A stretch of 64,000 bases of DNA from a virus: positions 32,001-96,000 of IMG/VR virus record IMGVR_UViG_3300027797_000013; one strand, given 5' to 3'. Position 1 is the first letter of the stretch; each line of letters starts with the position of its first letter. Below are positions 30,188-39,170 of this stretch, piece after piece. A program made the position numbers and the translations under genes. The notes beneath the pieces are model-generated. The model did no database searches. It saw only the letters and a list, made by a program, of their open reading frames with translations, and was not told the DNA's origin.

Positions 30188-30250
30188 AATAATATTTAAT
30201 TAAAACTAAAAAGTATACAGTGAATTCTATAGAAAAATACATCTCATCCT

Positions 30251-31183
30251 CTATACTTCAACTCTACCTCCTACCTTACAAACAGCTCTTACCTCTTCTT
30301 CAGTAAAACTAACAGCGTTTTGGGAGCAGCAAAAATGACCTTCTACAACTCGAGGAGCTCCTTCAAGAGTGGTTAATTTATTAATAAAGCAGTTAAAATT
30401 ACCTCCTACATATTCAGGAGCTCCAATTAAACTAGTAAGCTTATTACTATAACAACTAAAATCACCTCCAACCCTTTTTGGACCACCTTCAAGAGTGGTT
30501 AAGTTACTCTGACTGCAACTAAAATCTCTTTCTATAATTTCCGGAGCTCCTTTTAAAGAAACTAAAGACTTACCTCCACAATGATATCTTCTAACTGTTT
30601 TAGGTCCTCCTTCGAGAGATTTTATATTATTACCCCAGCATATAAAAGTGTCTCCTACTGTGTGTGGAGAGCCAGCAAGAGAGGTTAATTGGTTTTTTTG
30701 ACATTGGAAGGATTCACCTACTTCACTAGGAGCTCCAGCTAAACTAGTGAGCTGATTTTCAAAACATGCAAAGTGACCCCCAACACTTTCCGGAGAACCT
30801 TCAAGAGTTCTTATGCTACTATTATAACAATAAAAATTACCCCCCACTCTTAAGGGTGAACCTTTTAATGAAACTAAAGATTCACTTGAACAAATAAAAT
30901 CACCTACTACTTCTTTTGGAGCTCCATCAAGAGTTCTTAGTCTATTAGTATGACAATAAAAACTACCTAATACTCGTTCAGGAGCTCCTTCAAGAGATTT
31001 TAATTTATTTTCAGAACAATCAAAACTTCCCTCAACTTCATAAGGTGCATTAACCAGATTGGATAAGTGGTTAACACTGCAAATGAAATCACCTTGTATC
31101 TTGACATCAGACAAGAAATCAGGGAGTTGCATTAAGTTTATTCCAGATAGTTTTACCTCACCTTCTATATACTTCTTAGGCAT
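30251..31183 (-). CDS. LRR-like repeat protein, paralogue 6
   Basis: About 12 repeats between conserved caps. Confidence 0.85.
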   Translation of the reverse strand: MPKKYIEGEVKLSGINLMQLPDFLSDVKIQGDFICSVNHLSNLVNAPYEVEGSFDCSENKLKSLEGAPERVLGSFYCHTNRLRTLDGAPKEVVGDFICSSESLVSLKGSPLRVGGNFYCYNSSIRTLEGSPESVGGHFACFENQLTSLAGAPSEVGESFQCQKNQLTSLAGSPHTVGDTFICWGNNIKSLEGGPKTVRRYHCGGKSLVSLKGAPEIIERDFSCSQSNLTTLEGGPKRVGGDFSCYSNKLTSLIGAPEYVGGNFNCFINKLTTLEGAPRVVEGHFCCSQNAVSFTEEEVRAVCKVGGRVEV

Positions 31184-31191
31184 AATGTTAT

Positions 31192-31854
31192 TTAGGTATA
31201 TACCCTATCTCCAACCTGACACACCGCTCTTATTTCATCCCTAGTAAACGTTTTACCTTTGTTACCACTTATATCGAAGTTACCATTCACGACTTTAGGT
31301 ATACCTTCGAGTGAAGTAATCCTATTCTGCGAGCAGTCAAAGTCACCATACACGAGACTAGGCGCTCCTAAGAGTGACTTAAGATTACTAAACTCGCAAT
31401 AGAAACTACAATCATCATTAATATCATCGCCTATTTGTTTAGGTGCTCCTTCAAGTGTTTCAAGTTGATTATAACTACAAATATAATTGAGTCTTACGTC
31501 ACTAGGGCCTCCTTTTAGTGTTTTGAGCATATTGTTACTACAATCAAAATGACCTCCTACTCTTGTAGGTCCATTTTCAAGAGAAGTAATACTACAGGTA
31601 TTACATAATAGACTACCTCTTATCTCCCCGGGTACACCTTTAAGTGAAGTAAGATATTTATTTTCGTAACAATATATGCTCATGTTCCTTATATGGTAAG
31701 GTACCCATTTAAATTTAGGCATACCATTAAGAGAAGTAAGAAGGTTATTACTACAATCAAACTCTCCTGCACACTCTACATCGGCTAAGAAATCAGGTAT
31801 ACTCTGCAAATATAACTTAGATATATCAACATTACCTTCTATATACTTTCTCAT
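31192..31854 (-). CDS. LRR-like repeat protein, paralogue 5
   Basis: Same caps and repeats. Confidence 0.85.
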   Translation of the reverse strand: MRKYIEGNVDISKLYLQSIPDFLADVECAGEFDCSNNLLTSLNGMPKFKWVPYHIRNMSIYCYENKYLTSLKGVPGEIRGSLLCNTCSITSLENGPTRVGGHFDCSNNMLKTLKGGPSDVRLNYICSYNQLETLEGAPKQIGDDINDDCSFYCEFSNLKSLLGAPSLVYGDFDCSQNRITSLEGIPKVVNGNFDISGNKGKTFTRDEIRAVCQVGDRVYT

Positions 31855-31864
31855 TATATTATAT

Positions 31865-32563
31865 TTAATCTAGATAAATTTGGCCTTTGATATTAGACAC
31901 TGCTCTAATCTCTGCTTCAGTAAACACTCTTTCTTTTCCTTTTGAATAAAAAAAGTCACCACTTATAAATTTAGGTATACCTTCAAGTGACTCTAAATTA
32001 TTGTTAAGACAGTTAAATGTTCCATTAGGTAAAGATTTAGGAGCTCCCTTAAGTGACTTAAGTTTATTGTGACTACAATCATACACACCTCCAACCTCAG
32101 TAGGTCCTCCTACAAGGTCAGAGAGTAGATTACCTCTACAGTAGAAATGTGTTCCTACCTCAGTAGGCGCTCCTTCAATAGTAGTGAGTATATTTTTATC
32201 GCAATTAAAAGAACCTTTTACATTGGTAGGGGCAAATTTAAGATTACTAAGCAGATTGTGTTTGCAAACAAAATCTTTAAATATAGTAGTAGGAGCTCCT
32301 TCAAGAGTGGTAAGTTTATTGTCACTACAATAATAATGACCTTCTACTTCACTAGGCCCATCTACAAGCTTATCAAGTCTATTAGTACTGCAATCAAATT
32401 TACGTCTTACAATACTAGGTGCATTCTTAAGAGAGGTAAGGAGGTTTCGGAAACAAGCGAAATCGCCCTTAACCTCTATATCATCTAAGAAATCTGGTAG
32501 TTCTACTAGATATAAAAAACCTACAGAAACATTGTAATTACCTTCTATATACTTCCTGGGCAT
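31865..32563 (-). CDS. LRR-like repeat protein, paralogue 4
   Basis: Same caps and repeats. Confidence 0.85.
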   Translation of the reverse strand: MPRKYIEGNYNVSVGFLYLVELPDFLDDIEVKGDFACFRNLLTSLKNAPSIVRRKFDCSTNRLDKLVDGPSEVEGHYYCSDNKLTTLEGAPTTIFKDFVCKHNLLSNLKFAPTNVKGSFNCDKNILTTIEGAPTEVGTHFYCRGNLLSDLVGGPTEVGGVYDCSHNKLKSLKGAPKSLPNGTFNCLNNNLESLEGIPKFISGDFFYSKGKERVFTEAEIRAVSNIKGQIYLD

Positions 32564-32625
32564 TATATTATTTAATATAGAAATAAATTGCTGTACGAGA
32601 AGTTATTAATTCTACCAGTCAAAAT

Positions 32626-33267
32626 CTAGGATTCTCTCTTATATAACCTAACACTACCTTCTATCTCACTTAATGCTCTAACATCACGTTCGGTAATCGG
32701 TAGCTTTTCATCGACCAAACATACAAAATCACCTATTATGAGTTTAGGTATACCCTCTAAGGAAGTAAGCTTATTACCCGTACAATCAAAATTGCCCCCA
32801 ACTCGGTCAGGAGCACCTATAAGATTAGATAATTTATTGAGAGAACAATCATAACTACCATCTACAACAAGAGGACCATTTAAAAGAGATTTAAGACCAT
32901 TGCCACTGCAAACAAACATACCTCCTACAAAGGCAGGAGCAAAATCAAGAGTTTTAAGCTGATTGGTTCCACAATCAAACATACCTTCAGCACGTGTAGG
33001 AGCGCCTTTAAGGGACTCTAAGCCACAGTCATTGCACTCATAATTAGTATCTACATAGGTAGGCCCTCCTTCAAGAGTTTTAAGTTGCTTATTAAAACTA
33101 CAAGCAAACTCTCCTATTATAGAAGAGGGACAATTTTTAAGAGAAGTAAGTTGATTCTTATTACAATCAAAATAACCTCTAATCTCAACACCAGAAAGAA
33201 AGTCAGGTAATTCAGTTAGGTAGAGCTTACGTAAATTTAAATCACCTTCTATATACTTCTTAGGCAT
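32626..33267 (-). CDS. LRR-like repeat protein, paralogue 3
   Basis: Same caps and repeats. Confidence 0.85.
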   Translation of the reverse strand: MPKKYIEGDLNLRKLYLTELPDFLSGVEIRGYFDCNKNQLTSLKNCPSSIIGEFACSFNKQLKTLEGGPTYVDTNYECNDCGLESLKGAPTRAEGMFDCGTNQLKTLDFAPAFVGGMFVCSGNGLKSLLNGPLVVDGSYDCSLNKLSNLIGAPDRVGGNFDCTGNKLTSLEGIPKLIIGDFVCLVDEKLPITERDVRALSEIEGSVRLYKRES

Positions 33268-33303
33268 TATAGTATTTAATATAGATATAACCAGAAGAGC
33301 CAG

Positions 33304-34206
33304 TTATAAAAAGAAATGAACCCCATCAATAACTTTAACTTTACTGTCCGCTGTACTCTCAAATAACTCTACATTACCTTTAACCTCACACACTGCTCTA
33401 ATTTGTTCTTCAGTAAATGGTATACCTCTATTAGATCTCATTGAAAAATTACCTTCTACATATTTAGGTATACCTTTAAGAGACATAATCTGATTTAAAC
33501 CACACACAAAATCTCCACGTACAATAGTCGGAGCAAATTCTAAAGATTCCAACTGATTGTCCCTACAATTAAACAAGCCATTCACAGTAGTAGGAGCTCC
33601 CTTAAGAGAGGTGAGTTGATTAGATTGACAATAATATGAACCGTTTACTGTTGTGGGTCCATATTCTAAAGAATTGAGCTTATTATTGTAGCAACTAAAT
33701 GGACCTCTAAGTATCTCGCCTACACTTGTAGGAGCTCCCTTAAGAGAGGTAAGCTCATTATCATCGCAATTGTAAGAATTTCCTACACTAGTAGGTCCGC
33801 CTTCAAGAGATTTAAGTTTATTACCGTTACAATTGAACGAGTGTCTTAGTGTTGATGGAGCACCTTTAAGATTAGATCTAATTCGATTGTAGCTACAATA
33901 AAATGATTGGGTTACTGTAGTAGGAGCAAATTCAAGACTCTCGAGATTATTAAACCTGCAGTCGAATATACCAAACTTACTATTAGGTCCACCTATTACT
34001 GTAGTAGCTCCTTCAAGAGATTTAAGTTTACTGTGTGTGCAATTATATGTACCTCTTACTATGTTAGGAGATCCTATAAGATTAGATAGTTGGTTGAAAG
34101 AACAAATAAAGTCGCCTTTAACATCGAGACCATCCAAGAAGTCAGGTAGAGTTTTTAACCTTATATTCTGTAGTATTACATCTCCTTCTATATACTTACT
34201 GGGCAT
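33304..34206 (-). CDS. LRR-like repeat protein, paralogue 2
   Basis: Same caps and repeats. Confidence 0.85.
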   Translation of the reverse strand: MPSKYIEGDVILQNIRLKTLPDFLDGLDVKGDFICSFNQLSNLIGSPNIVRGTYNCTHSKLKSLEGATTVIGGPNSKFGIFDCRFNNLESLEFAPTTVTQSFYCSYNRIRSNLKGAPSTLRHSFNCNGNKLKSLEGGPTSVGNSYNCDDNELTSLKGAPTSVGEILRGPFSCYNNKLNSLEYGPTTVNGSYYCQSNQLTSLKGAPTTVNGLFNCRDNQLESLEFAPTIVRGDFVCGLNQIMSLKGIPKYVEGNFSMRSNRGIPFTEEQIRAVCEVKGNVELFESTADSKVKVIDGVHFFL

Positions 34207-34257
34207 TATATTATTTAATAGAGAATAAAAACTTAACTAGCTAATAGAAGTAACTTG

Positions 34258-34917
34258 CTATAATAAAACTTTCCCTTTAACATTACACACAGCTCTTATA
34301 TCTTCTTCGGTAACATTTAGTGTAGAGTAACCCTCTTTATCAAGTTGTTCTTGACACACAAAATCACCTCCTACACTTTTAGGGCACCCTTCAAGAGATT
34401 CAAGACGGTTTTGCGAGCAATTAAACTCTCCTACAATATGAGTAGGAGCACCAACAAGAGAAGTGAGTTTATTAAATGTACAATAAAAATCACCTCCTAC
34501 AGATGATGGAGCGTGTCTAAGATCAGGAAGCTGATTACCACAACAAAAAAAGCCCGAACCTATAATACAATCTGCAGCTCCTTCTAAAGTAGTAAGTAGA
34601 CTATCAGTACATAAAAACTTGCCTCGTATATCTATAGGAGCACCGATGAGATTAGTAAGCCGACTAACAGAGCAATTAAAATTACCTTTTACAATAGTAG
34701 TGCTTATTTCTAGCTTAGTAAGACGATTAACAGCGCCATTATAATTGCCGTCTATGATATGAGGTGAACCTTTAAGAGTAGTAAGCTTATTATTATGGCA
34801 CCAAAAATGACCCTGAGTCCGACCATCTCTTATTTCTATCCCATCCAAGAAGTCAGGAAGAATATGTAAGTGAAGAAACCCCATATCAACTCTACCTTCT
34901 ATGTAATTCCTGGGCAT
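34258..34917 (-). CDS. LRR-like repeat protein, paralogue 1
   Basis: Same caps and repeats. Confidence 0.85.
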   Translation of the reverse strand: MPRNYIEGRVDMGFLHLHILPDFLDGIEIRDGRTQGHFWCHNNKLTTLKGSPHIIDGNYNGAVNRLTKLEISTTIVKGNFNCSVSRLTNLIGAPIDIRGKFLCTDSLLTTLEGAADCIIGSGFFCCGNQLPDLRHAPSSVGGDFYCTFNKLTSLVGAPTHIVGEFNCSQNRLESLEGCPKSVGGDFVCQEQLDKEGYSTLNVTEEDIRAVCNVKGKVLL

Positions 34918-34919
34918 TA

Positions 34920-35295
34920 TAGTATTTAATATAGATATAAAATGTATATAAAAAGAAGAAAAATATAATGTTTTTAAAGAAAAATAATTAAATTAAAAAA
35001 ATAAAGGGAGCTTGCTAATAGAAGTAGGTCAAGATAATAGGCTTGTCTTGCTAATAGACGCGTGTATGTGTATATAAGAGGAAATATAATGTAACTATAT
35101 GTAAAGCATAAAAGAGTGTAGAGAGACCATGAGAGAACCAAAAGAACACATAAGAGAAGATATCGAGCATATAGAAGAGAGAAGGATATAAGGAGAAGGA
35201 TGATAAGAGTGTATTGTGGAGTATGGAGTAGTTCGTATTTATAGCAAAGAGATAAAATATACGAAATAGAGAAATACAAGAGAAATATATTAAAT
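34920..35295. other. AT-rich, strongly purine-skewed non-coding divergent region
   Basis: The + strand is dominated by A/G with very few C; gene orientation switches here. Confidence 0.7.
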
Positions 35296-35318
35296 AACGA
35301 ACTACGATAAAATAAAAT

Positions 35319-35612
35319 ATGAGCTTAGATAAAGCAATTGAATTTGGAAAGGAGAAAAGAAAGCAATATAGAAAGAGCAAAGCTTTCGATCGCACTTGCC
35401 GCAATCACGGATCCTGTCCCTGGTGCGAAGGAAATAGAACATATCAAGCTCGCAAAGAGCATAAGAGAATTCAGAGTTCAGAGAAAGAAGAAGAGTATGA
35501 AGAGATTACAGAACCTAAAAAGTCTAGAAATTACGAGATTCCCCCATTATGGAAATTATTGAGACCTGAAGAGTCTGATGGCTCCGAGTATGGACCTTTT
35601 CAGACATACTAG
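35319..35612 (+). CDS. hypothetical protein with CRNHGSCPWC motif
   Basis: Follows a promoter motif; possible Zn-binding Cys/His cluster. Confidence 0.65.
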   Translation: MSLDKAIEFGKEKRKQYRKSKAFDRTCRNHGSCPWCEGNRTYQARKEHKRIQSSEKEEEYEEITEPKKSRNYEIPPLWKLLRPEESDGSEYGPFQTY

Positions 35613-35647
35613 AAACCTGGAAAATTTCCATACACAGACAGTCTCGA

Positions 35648-35736
35648 AATTACTAGAATGGAGTCAACCTGAAAATTATCAGACCCGCGTCATTATGGTA
35701 ATTACTAGAATGGAGTCAACCTGAAAATTATCAGAC
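35648..35736 (+). repeat. 37-bp direct repeat, 2 copies
   Basis: AATTACTAGAATGGAGTCAACCTGAAAATTATCAGAC at 35648 and 35700. Confidence 0.9.
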
Positions 35737-35791
35737 AGAAGGTAATAACGAACTCCGATATAATGATGGAGTAGAGAGTAACAAATAATTT

Positions 35792-35866
35792 AGCAGAGTG
35801 GAGCAGTGGTAGCTCGTTAGGCTCATAACCTAAAGGTCGTTGGTTCGAACCCAACCTCTGCAACCA
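35792..35866 (+). tRNA. tRNA-Met(CAT), initiator-like
   Basis: Cloverleaf, CAT anticodon, unpaired 1:72, GGAGCAG-type D stem, encoded CCA. Confidence 0.85.
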
Positions 35867-35920
35867 ATCTTTTAACGAACTCCGATATAATAAGTTGTCG
35901 GCAATAACCTTATCTTCTAT

Positions 35921-36172
35921 ATGACCAACTCTACTATCATCGCTGCTCTCAATGCTACCGAAGATCCTGCACTTGACAATATCATTATAGGTATGGCAGA
36001 TATTGAATGTGGGTTCGGTTCTTACGAAAAGGCGGTACGGTATGCTGCTTCTAGAAGCACGTATGAAGAGGTAATGAAGCTTCGAGATGCGTACGAGAAG
36101 CTAGCAGAGACGATGCAGCACGTAGCTACTGTTAAGCAGATACTATTCCGAGATGGTAATAACGAACTCTGA
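35921..36172 (+). CDS. small early hypothetical protein
   Basis: Lies between two promoter motifs. Confidence 0.65.
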   Translation: MTNSTIIAALNATEDPALDNIIIGMADIECGFGSYEKAVRYAASRSTYEEVMKLRDAYEKLAETMQHVATVKQILFRDGNNEL

Positions 36173-36207
36173 TATAATAATGGAGTAGAGAGTAACCAAA
36201 ACCTAAT

Positions 36208-36582
36208 ATGCGAACATTCGAAGAAATCAAAGCTAGCATGAAGAATCGTAAGCCTACGATCTTTAGTGAGATCGCTGAAAACGAACTCCGATATAATAAG
36301 GGAGTAAAGAGTAAAACTACTATGCGAACCTTCGAAGAAATTCTTGATAGTATCAAAGACATCGATCTAATGTTCGATGACGAATTGATCAATAAGTTCA
36401 TTAACGAAAGAGATGATCATTCGACGGCGAATCTATATAATCTACTCAAAGCGGGATCGTTGAATGAGGATGATATTTGTGACTTAGATGAAAATGATGT
36501 TCGGAATATCGTTGATTATGTTAACGTTCGATATGATATTGATTTGAAAGTAGTCGGTTGTAAAGTGATATGGAATAGTTAA
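36208..36582 (+). CDS. early hypothetical protein with internal second start at 36322
   Basis: MRTFEEI occurs twice, each copy after a promoter motif. Confidence 0.65.
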   Translation: MRTFEEIKASMKNRKPTIFSEIAENELRYNKGVKSKTTMRTFEEILDSIKDIDLMFDDELINKFINERDDHSTANLYNLLKAGSLNEDDICDLDENDVRNIVDYVNVRYDIDLKVVGCKVIWNS

Positions 36583-36630
36583 CGAACTCCGATATAATAA
36601 TGGAGTAGAGAGTATTAAAACTAATATATA

Positions 36631-36864
36631 ATGAAACAACTTAAGAAACAACTGGTTAGCTTTATTATGGAAAGTGAGAGCGCGCTCGTTCTATATAATG
36701 GAGTTGGTGGTGTAGTGGACGAACTGTCTCGAGAAGAGGTAGAGTCGATGGTCGAGAGTTGTAAGACAAAGTCAGAATTAAGTCGACTCATTATGGGTAA
36801 GTGGATGTATAGTGATGTGTATGGGAGCTTCGAAGAGCTGTTAGAGGATATTGAGACTGAATAA
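36631..36864 (+). CDS. small acidic early protein
   Basis: Follows a promoter motif. Confidence 0.65.
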   Translation: MKQLKKQLVSFIMESESALVLYNGVGGVVDELSREEVESMVESCKTKSELSRLIMGKWMYSDVYGSFEELLEDIETE

Positions 36865-36867
36865 GTT

Positions 36868-37038
36868 ATGACACTATCAATTGTACCGAAAGAGCGCCGC
36901 GTATGTCAGTACTGTGGCTCGGGGCATCTGATAGTCGCTACTACGCACGATCCGGTCCGGACCGATTGGTGTATGCTGTGTGGTCGCAAGCTAGATGAAG
37001 AGCTCAATGAGCTTCTGGAAGATATTGATATTGAATAA
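36868..37038 (+). CDS. small Zn-ribbon protein
   Basis: Hand translation: CQYCG…CMLCG, ending ELLEDIDIE. Confidence 0.55.
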   Translation: MTLSIVPKERRVCQYCGSGHLIVATTHDPVRTDWCMLCGRKLDEELNELLEDIDIE

Positions 37039-37061
37039 GCTCTCAGGTTAACCTGAGAGCT
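37038..37061. repeat. perfect 24-bp palindrome
   Basis: AGCTCTCAGGTTAACCTGAGAGCT. Confidence 0.9.
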
Positions 37062-37091
37062 GAGGCAAAAGGAACTCCGATATAATAAGGT

Positions 37092-37271
37092 ATGACGATT
37101 ACAGAACTAATTAACAAACTGCAGCAATTGAAAATGGAAAGCGGCGACATTAACGTACTTACTTATGATGAAAGTGAAGGTGCTTTTAATGTCGTTCAAA
37201 GTGCCTTTCTTTCATATCCTGATTCAGATGACGATGAAGGGATCGTGCCAACTGGAGTAATTCTTCAATAA
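37092..37271 (+). CDS. 59-aa early protein (paralogue of 41202)
   Basis: MTITELINKLQQL…DESEGAF; ATG 5 nt after TATAAT. Confidence 0.7.
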   Translation: MTITELINKLQQLKMESGDINVLTYDESEGAFNVVQSAFLSYPDSDDDEGIVPTGVILQ

Positions 37272-37332
37272 GGAACTTCAATATAATAATAGAGTAGAGA
37301 CTAACAAACAAACAATTAATCTAATCAATCAT

Positions 37333-37716
37333 ATGGCTTATCAATCTAAATACAAAGGCGTCCTCGTTCATCCTTCTGATAAAGACACACTGAACACTCT
37401 CCGTGCGCTAGCCCCTAGCCTTACTGAGGCAGATATGATGCAGTTCTTTATCAATAGTGTTGATAAAGAATCATTTACCGCTTTCCTCGTTGAAGAGGAG
37501 ACTCGTAACTTCCTCAAGAAGAACGATAAGAAAGAGGCTTCCGCTAAGCCTGCTAAGAAAGCAGCTAAGGCCGAGACGGTTGATAAGCCGGTCAAAGAGA
37601 AGAAGGTAAAGAAGGTCAAAGAGCCTGTGTTCGTAGCGACAGAAGAAGAGACTGATAAGGTTCGCGAACTGCACGATAAAGACGAGCCTGCTATTCGCGT
37701 AGTGGTAGGCTGCTAG
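37333..37716 (+). CDS. hypothetical protein with Lys/Ala-rich segment
   Basis: Follows a promoter motif. Confidence 0.65.
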   Translation: MAYQSKYKGVLVHPSDKDTLNTLRALAPSLTEADMMQFFINSVDKESFTAFLVEEETRNFLKKNDKKEASAKPAKKAAKAETVDKPVKEKKVKKVKEPVFVATEEETDKVRELHDKDEPAIRVVVGC

Positions 37717-37742
37717 CATAAGGAACTCCGATATAATAAGGT

Positions 37743-37907
37743 ATGAATACGACCCCAACTGAAGACGCAGTTAAGATCGCGCTGTTGCGCAAGACGCTAG
37801 AAGACTTGATCGGTGAGTGGGGCGGTCAAGTTGTCGATCCTAACTGCGACTGTGAGGACTGCAATCATCTGCGCCCTCTGTATAGAGCGCTTGAAGCGAC
37901 AAAGTAA
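37743..37907 (+). CDS. small early protein (CDCEDC)
   Basis: Hand translation; lies between promoter motifs. Confidence 0.6.
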   Translation: MNTTPTEDAVKIALLRKTLEDLIGEWGGQVVDPNCDCEDCNHLRPLYRALEATK

Positions 37908-37929
37908 AGGAACTCCGATATAATAAGGT

Positions 37930-38136
37930 ATGAAGACACAACAAGAGATCAAGGAGACTAGAGAGTACATCAAAGATACAGTGCAGTTCAAGATTAAGGT
38001 TGCTAAGGCTAATGAGTGGTTCGAACGCAACTTCAAATTGTCTGATGACGCTGACGAAGGTCGACACATCTGCGAGCGGTACTGCGAAGAGATCAAAGCC
38101 CTTCACGAGCTCTACCGTTACGAAAAAGGTCTATAA
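37930..38136 (+). CDS. small early protein
   Basis: EWFERNFK…CERY, shared with the next gene. Confidence 0.65.
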   Translation: MKTQQEIKETREYIKDTVQFKIKVAKANEWFERNFKLSDDADEGRHICERYCEEIKALHELYRYEKGL

Positions 38137-38149
38137 TTATATTACTACA

Positions 38150-38593
38150 ATGTCCTATATCGACAATGCAATCGATCTCTCTGCCGACGTCACGAGAGCT
38201 ACTGAGTGGTTCGAGAAGAACTTCAAGCAGTCAGAAAGCGCTGAAGAAGGTACGCGAGTATGTGAACGGTACCTCGCTGAGATGAAAGCTCTTCACGATC
38301 ACTATGTTACAAAGGTTGAAACATATAAAAACAATTGTGAATACTATACCGACAAGCCACGCATTACCGTTGACAATGTCAACTACGATTGGGACGGTTG
38401 GGCTGACGCCTATCTAGGTCCAACTACTCCATCTGGTATATATGGTGCACGAGAAGAGGAAGATGGTAAATGGCGACCAGCGGTATACCGTCCAACCGAA
38501 TACGATGCCGAATTATCATTTGAATCATTCGACACACCTCACTCTGCTATTAAAAGATCACTCGCTTACTTCGCAAAAGGAACTTCGATATAA
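38150..38593 (+). CDS. early protein, N-domain paralogous to 37930
   Basis: Start MSYIDN; EWFEKNFK…CERY. Confidence 0.65.
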   Translation: MSYIDNAIDLSADVTRATEWFEKNFKQSESAEEGTRVCERYLAEMKALHDHYVTKVETYKNNCEYYTDKPRITVDNVNYDWDGWADAYLGPTTPSGIYGAREEEDGKWRPAVYRPTEYDAELSFESFDTPHSAIKRSLAYFAKGTSI

Positions 38594-38638
38594 TAATGTT
38601 GTCAGAGATTGAAAGATACGTTTGACATAAAAACAAAC

Positions 38639-38715
38639 GGCTCGTTAGCTTAATGGCAAAAGCGTCTTAGATGGTGACATCTAAGGAGATGAAGGTTCGA
38701 TTCCTTCCCGACCCT
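38639..38715 (+). ncRNA. tRNA-like RNA with sealed anticodon arm
   Basis: D arm and T arm (GAAGG-TTCGATT-CCTTC) present; anticodon arm is CTTAGATG-GTGA-CATCTAAG; acceptor stem has 2 mismatches; no CCA. Confidence 0.55.
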
Positions 38716-38803
38716 GCTTTCAACGTAGGATGAACATCCGAACAACGAGGCGTCAGAATACGCCTACAAGACACAACTTTAGGAACTCCGGTATAATAAT
38801 AGT

Positions 38804-39148
38804 ATGACCAACGACGAATTCATCAAAGACACCATCGAGTACTACTGCACAGACTCTGACCGCATCGCATATCCAGGTCCAATGTACAAGTGTGGTGGTC
38901 GCTTCTGCGCCGTTGGTCGGTGGATTAAGCCTGAGAAGTACTGTAACGCAATGGAGTGCAGTCCTAACGTAGAGGAGCTGCTCCAAATATATCCTGACTG
39001 CTTGATGGATGAAGTGAGTAGTGTTGATGTAGAGGTACTCTCTGTGATGCAGCAGATGCACGATGTAGTGTTGTCCAGTATTTATTCAACTGAGCAGAAT
39101 CGACAAAAGGCAAAGGTGTTCCTCGAACGCCGCGGCATCACAATCTAA
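38804..39148 (+). CDS. early hypothetical protein (CAVG motif)
   Basis: Follows a promoter motif. Confidence 0.65.
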   Translation: MTNDEFIKDTIEYYCTDSDRIAYPGPMYKCGGRFCAVGRWIKPEKYCNAMECSPNVEELLQIYPDCLMDEVSSVDVEVLSVMQQMHDVVLSSIYSTEQNRQKAKVFLERRGITI

Positions 39149-39170
39149 AGGAACTCCGATATAATAAGGT

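Noticed and set aside
27999-34917. Diversity-generating retroelement acting on the LRR genes
   Set aside because: No reverse transcriptase is in the window and I saw no near-identical TR/VR pair differing only at adenines.
34974-35404. Minus-strand hydrophobic ORFs 34974-35279 and 35051-35404
   Set aside because: They are by-products of the purine-skewed low-complexity sequence (Leu/Phe/Tyr/Ser-rich).
38726-38768. Hammerhead ribozyme
   Set aside because: The CUGANGA/GAAA core is absent.
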